Positions 47,324 through 56,123 of a stretch of DNA of 64,000 nt are shown here, piece by piece. This DNA comes from Candidatus Cloacimonadales bacterium. GTDB taxonomy: Bacteria; Cloacimonadota; Cloacimonadia; Cloacimonadales; JAIOQZ01. The DNA lies in contig CAXXTU010000002.1 of assembly GCA_963662655.2 (NCBI GenBank), positions 3,200,001-3,264,000 of the forward strand. The letters are read 5' to 3'. The position numbers and the translations under genes were made by a program. Position 1 is the stretch's first letter. Each line of letters opens with the position of its first letter. Below the pieces are notes generated by a model. That model did not search any database. It was not told where the DNA came from and was given only the letters and a program-made list of their open reading frames with translations.

Positions 47324-50300
47324 ATGAGATTCAGAACATTTCTTTTTATCAGCATCTTCGTCTTTTCAGTGAACCTTTTTGCCTTCGCAGGCGGAGACGG
47401 CTCGGAGGGAAATCCCTATCAGGTCAGCACCGTTAACGATCTTCAGGATTGCCAGAACTTCCTTACTTCGCATTTTATCCAGATTTGCGATATCGACGCA
47501 AGTGAAACATCCGGCTGGAACGATGGTGCCGGCTTCAGCCCCATCGGCGATGATTCGAATATGTTTCGCGGATATTACGATGGCCAGGGATACACGATCG
47601 ACGGGCTGTACATCGATCGTCCGAGTAGAAATTACACCGGCTTCTTCGGCAAGGTGAGAAATTGTGAATTACAAAATATCCGATTCGAAAATTGCAGCAT
47701 TACCGGAGCGATGTGCGTGGGAGCACTGGCAGGTGATGGCAGTAATATCTACGTTTCCGGCTGCTATGTCGATGGCACCGTATCGGGAAGTGAATATGTG
47801 GGATCCGTTGTTGGACATACTGGTGATGATTCATTGATTCAAAACTGCTCAAGCAATGGCTCTGCAACATCATCCGGTAGACAGGTGGCCGGAATCACCG
47901 CCTACTTGGGGCAGCTTTCATCCATCAAAAGGTGTTGTAATACGGCGCAGGTATATAGTCCGTCACGATGTGGTGGTATTGCTGGATTGTGTGCAGGCAA
48001 TTCAAGCATCCAATGCTGCTATAATACAGGAGCAATCATTGGGGATAGCATAATGGGCGGAATCGTCGGAAAAACATACGGAACAAGTTTCGTCCAGTGC
48101 TACAGTACAGGTTATGTATCGAGCGGTACGAATTCGGGGGGGCTGAGCGGACAGAGTTCGGGCTCGTCGTATAACGCTTGTTTCTGGAATGTGGAATCCT
48201 CCTATCAATCAACCAGTGCTGGCGGAATCGGACTGACGAGAGCGGAAATGAATACGCTATCGACCTACACCGACGCTGGTTGGGATTTCGTATCCGAGAC
48301 GGCCAACGGCACGAACGACTACTGGGATATGGATATATACGGCGATGCCTATTATCGTTATCCCAGTCTAGCGTGGGAAGACGGCGATGCGCAGTACCTC
48401 TATGTCCCCTCGGGATCCGGCATCGAATCGGATCCGTACCGGATCGAATCGATCGAGCACCTCGCATGGCTTTCGGCATCGATATCGGACTGGGATGCTT
48501 ATTTCATCCAGACATGTGACATCGACGCAGCCCCCGCAAGTAGCTGGCACGATGGCGAAGGTTTCTTCCCGATCGGAAATGTTGAAACCGCTTTTTCGGG
48601 CCACTACGACGGTCAGGGCTATGCAATCGACGGGCTGAATATCAACCGCCCCGACGATTACGATGTGGCGTTATTCGGCCGGATAAACGGCGGAGGCTCG
48701 ATCGAGAATCTCCACATGACCAACGTCGATATTACAGGCAATTCAACCGTGGGCGGGCTTGCGGGGTATATTGGGGAAGGCAGTCGTGTGAATGGCTGCT
48801 CGGTTACAGGTAACGTTACGGCACAATCCTATTCGGGACTACTGGTTGCCTCGGTTTATTCCGGCTCAACCGTTAGCGATTCCTGGGCGCAGGGTGTTCT
48901 GAACGTTGCCGGTGACTACGCGGGTGGTATTGCGTGCTCGATGTCCGATTCGTCATCCGTAGCTCGATGCTATACCGATGTCACGGTCAGCGGAGCCGAC
49001 TACGTCGGCGGACTTATCGGCAGGACGAGAGCCTCGGATGTCATCGACTGCTACAGCATGGGTTCCGCAACGGGCGAGAACGGTGTCGGCGGCTCGATCG
49101 GATATATCTTTGGCGGAACCCTCACCAACAGCTTCAGCACCGCGACTGTATCCGGTACAAGCATTGGCGCACGTAGCGGTGGTCTGATCGGTCTGACATA
49201 CGGAAGTACGGTACAGGATTGCTACGCCACCGGAGACGTGACGCAAAGCAATCAGGCAGGCGGATTGATCGGCTCTATCATGGATACGGATGTGATTCAC
49301 TGCTACAGCACGGGCAGCGTTGAATGCAATGGAGACTCTCACGGCGGCATGGTCGGCATCACGGACGAGCTTTCGGTCTGCACGGATTCGTTTTGGAACA
49401 CAGAGTCGTCCGGGCAGTCTGAAAGCCATGGCGGCGAAGGAAAAACGACTGCCGAGATGAAATCTCTCTACATGTATCATTCCTACGGATGGGACTTCGT
49501 GTCGGAACATTCGAACGGAACCGCGGATACGTGGGACATCGATTTGAACGGTTCCTGCAACGGCGGATACCCCGTTCTAAGCTGGGAAACGGGCGAACCT
49601 TATCTTGCCGGGCCTTCGGGTTCGGGTACGAGTTCGAGTCCATACCTCATAGAACAGCTTACAGATCTGTGGTGGATATCCGTGAACAACGATAAATGGT
49701 CGAAAGTCTATCTGCAAACTGCCGATATCGATGCCACCGATACAGCGAGCTGGTACCAGGGGAATGGGCTGCCACGGATCGGGATTTCATCAGGCAGTGC
49801 TTTCAGCGGTACGTACGACGGTGGCAATCATACAATCCGGAATCTTCACATGGTTAGCACGAATACCTGGGGCCTGGGCTTGTTTTCTTACTGTAATGGA
49901 GCGCATGTTCGCAACCTGGGTGTAATCGACGCGGATGTCGATGGATATTATAATGTCGGTGTCATCGCTGGGGATTTTCATTCTTCCACAATGGATCGTT
50001 GTTATGCTTCTGGACACACGGATGGATTTGGTGTGGTGGGAGGTGTCGTTGGTAAGGTCAGTAATTCTTCCATATCTGATAGCTACAATCATGCCACGGT
50101 TCATGGCGATTGGTCTGCAGGCGGCTTTGCGTCGTGGTGGGTCAACACTATTTACGATCGTACATTCACGAATTGCTACTCTATTGGTCGAGTCACCAGC
50201 AGCGGTACAAAAGGTGGCTTTTTGGGAAGTAACGACACGGGCAGGTCTCTACCAACCTGTTTCTGGGATACGGAGACATCGGGTCGAACGACCAGTGAAG

Positions 50301-52036
50301 GCGGTGTAGGGCATACCACCGCCGAAATGAAGATGCTTTCAACCTATATCGATGCCGGCTGGGACTTTGTGTCCGAATCGGATAACGGCTCAGATGACTA
50401 CTGGGATATGGACATATACAACACGTACAGCGATGGTTACCCGTATCTTTCCTGGCAGGATGGCGATGGGCAATCGATGTGTGTCGTTCAGGGTAGCGGA
50501 ACCACGGAAGACCCATACCTGATCGGCTTGTCGGCAGAATTGCAGTGGATGAGCAGATTCCCCTCCGAGTGGGATAAATGCTTCCGGCAGATTGCCGACA
50601 TCGACGCCGGCGATACGGAGAACTGGGACAACGGAAAGGGATTCAGCCCCGTCGGAAACACCAGTACAGCGTTTTCCGGTGAATATGACGGTCAGGGATA
50701 CAGCATTGACGGGCTATTCATCTATCGGGATTCGACGAACGAAAATGGGCTGTTCGGTCAGGTTACCGGCGGTACGATTTCGAACCTCAATGTGCTGAAT
50801 TGCAATATTACCGGCAAGTATCGTACAGGCGCAGTTGTCGCTTCCTGTCAGGATGCCACGATCGTGAACTGCTTGTCGTCCGGTATCGTCAGCACGAGTA
50901 ACGGCGGTGGCGGCATCGTGGGAAGAATGCGTGAGACTACGATCGAATACTGCGGTTCATCAGTAGATGTGAGTTCTTATAGTAGCAGTGGCAAAAACTG
51001 TGGCGGCCTGGTGGGGATTACCTCGCTGGACTGTGTCATCAGTAACTGCTATGCACACGGAACTGTCGAAGCGTGTAATTTTTGTGGTGGACTGATCGGC
51101 GACATGGAGGACACGGATATCGAATACTGCTACAGCAAAGGTGCCGTGACGGCCACTTCAACACCCGTCGGCGGATTGATCGGCGATATCTCGGGAGAGT
51201 ATGCTGTTATTGGCTGTTTCTGGGATACCGGGACATCCGGGCAGAGCACGAGTCCAGCAGGAACCGGCAAGACAACCGCCGAGATGCAGACGCTCTCCAC
51301 CTACACGGACGCAGGCTGGGATTTCCTTGGTGAATCCGATAACGGAACCGATGATATCTGGTTGATTTCAGCTGGTAATTACCCGGTATTCAATGATCTA
51401 ATCGCTCCGGTCATCACGGCGATTGAAGACGTTCCGAACGACCAGGGACATCAGGTCGTGGTCTATTGGAGCGAAGCCGGAACGGACACACACGAAGACC
51501 CCGAATCCTGCTACAAGTTGTATCGAGAGGTTGGCGACGACTTCGAACTTGTGGCAACGATCCCGGATGACGGAACCGAATATTCCTGTATCATAGCGAC
51601 GCTTGCCGATTCCAGCGCCGTACAAGCACCGGAAGAATATATGGCGACAATCAAGGTGGCTTACGTATGGAGTGGAGGCAGTATAGAGTCTGCAACCGCA
51701 AACGGGTACTCGATCGATAACATCGCACCGTATGCGACTACTGGCGTGACCCTGGTATTAAACAGCACTCGTAACAATTCCGCGAGGCGATCAAACGGTG
51801 GTTCGCGCACCCAATCTGCTATTCTCAGTTGGTCCGAGGTCACCGAGGGCGGCTTTGGCGGCAACAGCTATCCCGAGCAGAACGGCGTCTGGTATCGTGT
51901 GTACGCAGGTGAAATGCCCGAATTCGTATGTGACGAGACGACACTGCTCGGAACGACACAAAATACGAGTTATGAGATAACATCTATGGACTCGGGCAGA
52001 AAATTCTTCAGGATTGTGGTGAGCGATCAACCGTAG
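47324..52036 (+). CDS. Secreted GLUG-motif surface protein (4 modules)
   Basis: Same architecture as 43483-47310. Confidence 0.88.
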   Translation: MRFRTFLFISIFVFSVNLFAFAGGDGSEGNPYQVSTVNDLQDCQNFLTSHFIQICDIDASETSGWNDGAGFSPIGDDSNMFRGYYDGQGYTIDGLYIDRPSRNYTGFFGKVRNCELQNIRFENCSITGAMCVGALAGDGSNIYVSGCYVDGTVSGSEYVGSVVGHTGDDSLIQNCSSNGSATSSGRQVAGITAYLGQLSSIKRCCNTAQVYSPSRCGGIAGLCAGNSSIQCCYNTGAIIGDSIMGGIVGKTYGTSFVQCYSTGYVSSGTNSGGLSGQSSGSSYNACFWNVESSYQSTSAGGIGLTRAEMNTLSTYTDAGWDFVSETANGTNDYWDMDIYGDAYYRYPSLAWEDGDAQYLYVPSGSGIESDPYRIESIEHLAWLSASISDWDAYFIQTCDIDAAPASSWHDGEGFFPIGNVETAFSGHYDGQGYAIDGLNINRPDDYDVALFGRINGGGSIENLHMTNVDITGNSTVGGLAGYIGEGSRVNGCSVTGNVTAQSYSGLLVASVYSGSTVSDSWAQGVLNVAGDYAGGIACSMSDSSSVARCYTDVTVSGADYVGGLIGRTRASDVIDCYSMGSATGENGVGGSIGYIFGGTLTNSFSTATVSGTSIGARSGGLIGLTYGSTVQDCYATGDVTQSNQAGGLIGSIMDTDVIHCYSTGSVECNGDSHGGMVGITDELSVCTDSFWNTESSGQSESHGGEGKTTAEMKSLYMYHSYGWDFVSEHSNGTADTWDIDLNGSCNGGYPVLSWETGEPYLAGPSGSGTSSSPYLIEQLTDLWWISVNNDKWSKVYLQTADIDATDTASWYQGNGLPRIGISSGSAFSGTYDGGNHTIRNLHMVSTNTWGLGLFSYCNGAHVRNLGVIDADVDGYYNVGVIAGDFHSSTMDRCYASGHTDGFGVVGGVVGKVSNSSISDSYNHATVHGDWSAGGFASWWVNTIYDRTFTNCYSIGRVTSSGTKGGFLGSNDTGRSLPTCFWDTETSGRTTSEGGVGHTTAEMKMLSTYIDAGWDFVSESDNGSDDYWDMDIYNTYSDGYPYLSWQDGDGQSMCVVQGSGTTEDPYLIGLSAELQWMSRFPSEWDKCFRQIADIDAGDTENWDNGKGFSPVGNTSTAFSGEYDGQGYSIDGLFIYRDSTNENGLFGQVTGGTISNLNVLNCNITGKYRTGAVVASCQDATIVNCLSSGIVSTSNGGGGIVGRMRETTIEYCGSSVDVSSYSSSGKNCGGLVGITSLDCVISNCYAHGTVEACNFCGGLIGDMEDTDIEYCYSKGAVTATSTPVGGLIGDISGEYAVIGCFWDTGTSGQSTSPAGTGKTTAEMQTLSTYTDAGWDFLGESDNGTDDIWLISAGNYPVFNDLIAPVITAIEDVPNDQGHQVVVYWSEAGTDTHEDPESCYKLYREVGDDFELVATIPDDGTEYSCIIATLADSSAVQAPEEYMATIKVAYVWSGGSIESATANGYSIDNIAPYATTGVTLVLNSTRNNSARRSNGGSRTQSAILSWSEVTEGGFGGNSYPEQNGVWYRVYAGEMPEFVCDETTLLGTTQNTSYEITSMDSGRKFFRIVVSDQP

Positions 52037-52057
52037 ATAGCTGAAATCCTTTCATCT

Positions 52058-52084
52058 AAGGCCCGTTAACCGACGGGCCTTCTT
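52058..52084 (+). terminator. Intrinsic terminator
   Basis: AAGGCCCGT-TAACCG-ACGGGCCTT followed by CTT. Confidence 0.7.
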
Positions 52085-52213
52085 CGTTCATTATGAATAT
52101 CTGTTTCAAACACGGGTGAATGAAAGTGATCCTGGATTATAGTATTTTCTTGACGGACATTCATAATGGTTGTAAAAATTTACAAAATTCTATGATATCT
52201 TGGAGGTAATAGG

Positions 52214-54898
52214 ATGATAAGGAAAACTCTGGTTTCACTTCTGTTCCTGTTTGTTTGCATAACGCTTGTAGCGTTTGCCGGGGGAGACGGCTCTCAATCG
52301 ACGCCGTATCAGGTAAGTACGCTTGCTGAATTGCAGGATGTCGCGAATCATCTCGATAGCAATTTCATTCAGATAGCGGATATCGACGCAAGCGAAACGA
52401 GCGGCTGGAACGGTGGCGCTGGCTTCGATCCCATCGGCTCGCCCAGCGTTCCCTTCACCGGTCGCTACAATGGCCAGGGTTACGAGATCAGCAATCTGTT
52501 CATCGACCGTACGTCGTCCTCAAACATCGGCTTGTTCGGAGGAACGAGCGACGCCGAACTTTGGAACATCATTCTCGTTGATGGCGAAGTGATGGGAAAC
52601 GATCGCACCGGCGGCATCGTAGGCGCCATGTTGAACAGCACCATCAGAGATTGCTTTTCATCCGGCGTTGTTTCAGGCGACTTCTCGGTTGGTGGTATAG
52701 GAGGCAGAATCACTGGCGGATTTGCCATCGGATGCTACAGCATCGCGACCACATCTTGTGTCCTCACCGGCGAGCGAACCGGCGGGTTGTTCGGTCACGC
52801 CCTAACGGCGGCCTCCATCACGAACTGCTACTCGCGAGGCGCGGTCAACGGCGATAACAAGGTCGGCGGCCTGGTCGGCGAACTCGATCACGCAAGCATC
52901 GACCGTTGCTACAGCACCGGTCAGGTGACTTGTCTGGGGGACGATCGTGGCGGCCTGGTGGGTTCTGTAGGAGATTCTTGCGCTGTCACATTGTCGTATT
53001 GGGATACTGAAACATCCGGGCAGGATTCCAGCCCCGTTGGAACCGGGAAAACAAGCGAGGAGATGAAATATTTTTACATGTACCACGGCGCTGGATGGGA
53101 CTTTGTGGCGGAAACGCAGCGGGGAACCAACAATTACTGGGATATCGACACGAGTGGCGCAGAGAATGACGGCTATCCCTGCCTCGCATGGGAAAACGGC
53201 TATGATAACTACCTGCAGGCCCCGGCCGGAAGCGGCACGAATGCCAGCCCCTATCAGATTACGACGCTGTTCGATTTGTTCTGGATATCGGCAAACAGCA
53301 ACCAGTGGAATAAAAACTACCTCCAAATCGCTGATATCGATGCCAGCGACACCCGGAACTGGAACAGCGGAGCCGGATTCAAGCCGATTGGCGCAAGCCC
53401 CAGTAACTACTTCGGTGGTGTCTATGATGGTGGAGGCTTCGTGATAGATGGTCTGTACAGCTATCGATATCAGGACTTGGAAGGTATGTTCGGATTTTGC
53501 TATCAAGCCGCGTTCAGGAATCTCAACCTCACCAATGCTGAAATCGATGGGACTCACGACACAGGAACAATTGCCGCAACGCTTCGATATTCAACCATGG
53601 AGAACTGCCACAGCAGCGGAATCGTAACCTCCACATACTATGCGGGAGGGCTTATCGGATACGGTAATCACGCCAGTATTATTTCCTGTTCTTCTTCGGC
53701 GGATGCGTCAGGAGTATTCGAAAGTGGTGGACTGATAGACAATACCTCTGCCTGCGTAATTTCACGATGCTGGGCTACTGGCTCGGTGAATGGCAATAGC
53801 AGTGGAGGTCTCGTCGGCGCTCTGGGCAGCTCAACGATCGATAATTGCTTCAGTTCGGGCCAGGTGAGTGGAGACCGTGCAGGTGGCTTCGTCGGCGAAA
53901 CATACGGCGGCGCTTCATCAATTGAGTACTGCTACAGCACCGGCGCTGTCACAGGGAGCAGTCCGAAGGGATTTCTGAGTTCTGGGCAATGCGGGATAAC
54001 GTCTTGCTTCTGGGACACCGAAACATCAGGCCAATCCACCAGCAATGGCGGAACGGGACACACAACCGCCGAGATGCAGACGCTTTCGACGTACATCGAC
54101 GCTGGCTGGGACATGGCTGGTGAAGGGATAAACGGCACTGAGGACATCTGGGTGATATTTCCGGGCGAGTATCCCTCTTTCACATCCGGACTCGAGCCCG
54201 TGATCACCGCAGCCGTTGATATCCCGGCCGATCAGGGACACAAGCTCCAGCTGGTTTGGGACCGCGCGGCCCTTGATACCTCCTACAGCCCCAGCAATTT
54301 CTATACAGTCTGGCAGCTCGTTGGAAGTCCCCGCGCCATCGCGCCCGGTGCAGTCGTCATCGAAAGCCCGGCGGATTTCTCTTCGCACGTGGCTGACGAT
54401 ACGCATCCGGTGATTCTGCATGACCGAGACAGCTACTGGGCATGGTTGGCCACCATCCCCGCAATGATCTATCCGCAGTATGCGTATTTCGCGGCAACCC
54501 TTGTCGATTCGAGCGAGGCACTTGCTCCGGAGGATTACACCTCCACATACCATGTGTGCTACCATTACGATGTCAGCTATCTTACATCCAACGAAATGTC
54601 TGGATACTCGGTGGACAACATCGCGCCGTATGCGGCGAGAGGCGTGAGACTGGCCTTTGACGAAGGCCGCACCAGCTCAGCTACGCTTCGCTGGGACGAG
54701 ATCACCGAGGGCGGCTTTGGCGGCAATAGCTATCCGGAGCAAAACGGTGTCTGGTACCGCGTCTACGCAGGTGATTTGCCCGATTTTGTATGCGATGAGG
54801 CTCATCTACTTGAAACTACGCAGAATACGAGCTATGAGATAACATCTATGGACTCGGGCAGAAAATTCTTCAAGATCGTGGTGAGCGATCAGCCGTAA
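52214..54898 (+). CDS. Secreted GLUG-motif surface protein (2 modules)
   Basis: Same architecture. Possible own promoter TTGACG-N17-TAAAAA at 52150-52178. Confidence 0.88.
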   Translation: MIRKTLVSLLFLFVCITLVAFAGGDGSQSTPYQVSTLAELQDVANHLDSNFIQIADIDASETSGWNGGAGFDPIGSPSVPFTGRYNGQGYEISNLFIDRTSSSNIGLFGGTSDAELWNIILVDGEVMGNDRTGGIVGAMLNSTIRDCFSSGVVSGDFSVGGIGGRITGGFAIGCYSIATTSCVLTGERTGGLFGHALTAASITNCYSRGAVNGDNKVGGLVGELDHASIDRCYSTGQVTCLGDDRGGLVGSVGDSCAVTLSYWDTETSGQDSSPVGTGKTSEEMKYFYMYHGAGWDFVAETQRGTNNYWDIDTSGAENDGYPCLAWENGYDNYLQAPAGSGTNASPYQITTLFDLFWISANSNQWNKNYLQIADIDASDTRNWNSGAGFKPIGASPSNYFGGVYDGGGFVIDGLYSYRYQDLEGMFGFCYQAAFRNLNLTNAEIDGTHDTGTIAATLRYSTMENCHSSGIVTSTYYAGGLIGYGNHASIISCSSSADASGVFESGGLIDNTSACVISRCWATGSVNGNSSGGLVGALGSSTIDNCFSSGQVSGDRAGGFVGETYGGASSIEYCYSTGAVTGSSPKGFLSSGQCGITSCFWDTETSGQSTSNGGTGHTTAEMQTLSTYIDAGWDMAGEGINGTEDIWVIFPGEYPSFTSGLEPVITAAVDIPADQGHKLQLVWDRAALDTSYSPSNFYTVWQLVGSPRAIAPGAVVIESPADFSSHVADDTHPVILHDRDSYWAWLATIPAMIYPQYAYFAATLVDSSEALAPEDYTSTYHVCYHYDVSYLTSNEMSGYSVDNIAPYAARGVRLAFDEGRTSSATLRWDEITEGGFGGNSYPEQNGVWYRVYAGDLPDFVCDEAHLLETTQNTSYEITSMDSGRKFFKIVVSDQP

Positions 54899-54914
54899 AG
54901 CTCATTTGCATAAA

Positions 54915-54945
54915 AAAACTCGCCGGTTTGATGCCGGCGAGTTTT
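54915..54945. terminator. Bidirectional intrinsic terminator
   Basis: AAAACTCGCCGG-N7-CCGGCGAGTTTT between convergent genes. Confidence 0.85.
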
Positions 54946-54968
54946 GCATTTACACTTTTAAAAAAAGG

Positions 54969-56123
54969 TTACTTGAACTCTTCCTCGCCCTCGAAACTAC
55001 GATACGGATCGAAGCTCGTGAGGATTTTCTCGTCGTCTTCGGAAAACTCACCTGCAACGATGCGCGCGACAAGCTCGCCCATTCCCGGTCCCAGCATGAA
55101 TCCCTGGCCGCACATGCCCACGTTGTGAACGTAGTTGTCGTAGTCTTTCGTCTTGCCGACGATGGGGAATCCGTCCGGGGTCATGGGATACTGCCCACGC
55201 CAGGTTCTGCGGACTTTGAGATTTGCCAGCCGCGGATACAGGTCGAGCATGCGGACCGCAACCTGCGGCAGGAATACGGAAGTGGAATCCTGATCGATAT
55301 CGTAGATTGGCGGTTTCGGGGTGATACAGAAGATCACCTGTCCCTGTATACTCTGGTAGAAGTAGTAGTTCACCGAGTCGTCGACGGGACGCATATCCAC
55401 CACCATCGGGCCGAAGAAACGCTTTACCGGCTCGGTGATAGCTGCTTCATGGGTGTCCGGCTTGACCGGGATATCGATGTTCAGCAATTTTCCGATGGCT
55501 CTTGCACTGTTGCCGGATGCATTCACCACCCAATCGCATGCGTACGTTGCTTTATCGGTCTTCACGGATGTGATGTGACGATCATTCCTCTCGAATCCCG
55601 TAACGCTTTCGTTGAATCTGAATTCGACTCCAAGTTCCCGTGCGCGGAAGTAGTATGCGCTCATCGCGAGAAGGGGAGATGCGCTGCCGTCGTCAGGTGA
55701 ATATGTCGAGCCACGCAGGCCATTCATGTTGATTCCTGGAACCAGCTCGTTGTATTCCTCGGGTGACAGCCAGTCGATATTGAGCCCGAACGACTTCTGT
55801 ACCTTCAGGAGGTCTTTGAGCTTCTTCTCGTCCGCTTCATTGTATGCGGGATAGCTGTATCCGTTCTTCAGCCAGTCGATGCCATGCCCGTATTTCTCTT
55901 TCCAGGTGGAGAATATCTCGATGCTTCTCAGGCTGATCTGTATTTTACCATAGTCGGAGTGCGTTGCGCGGATGCCGCCAATCGCCTTCTTGTTGTTTTC
56001 CTGTCCCGGAGAAGCCTGGCGATCGATCACAACGACCTTCATTCCCTTTTCGGCAAGCGAGATCGCGGTGGGAACACCGACACTTCCTGCGCCAATTACT
56101 ACAACATCGTAAATCTCGGACAT
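54969..56123 (-). CDS. FAD-dependent oxidoreductase, proline dehydrogenase / sarcosine oxidase beta-subunit family
   Basis: VVVIGAGSVG, TPDGFPIVG and GQGFMLGP. Confidence 0.88.
   Translation of the reverse strand: MSEIYDVVVIGAGSVGVPTAISLAEKGMKVVVIDRQASPGQENNKKAIGGIRATHSDYGKIQISLRSIEIFSTWKEKYGHGIDWLKNGYSYPAYNEADEKKLKDLLKVQKSFGLNIDWLSPEEYNELVPGINMNGLRGSTYSPDDGSASPLLAMSAYYFRARELGVEFRFNESVTGFERNDRHITSVKTDKATYACDWVVNASGNSARAIGKLLNIDIPVKPDTHEAAITEPVKRFFGPMVVDMRPVDDSVNYYFYQSIQGQVIFCITPKPPIYDIDQDSTSVFLPQVAVRMLDLYPRLANLKVRRTWRGQYPMTPDGFPIVGKTKDYDNYVHNVGMCGQGFMLGPGMGELVARIVAGEFSEDDEKILTSFDPYRSFEGEEEFK

Noticed and set aside
47081..54898. Shared 3' ends of GLUG genes as DGR targets or invertible shufflon cassettes
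   Set aside because: All copies are direct, differences look mostly synonymous and not A-biased, and no recombinase or RT is nearby.
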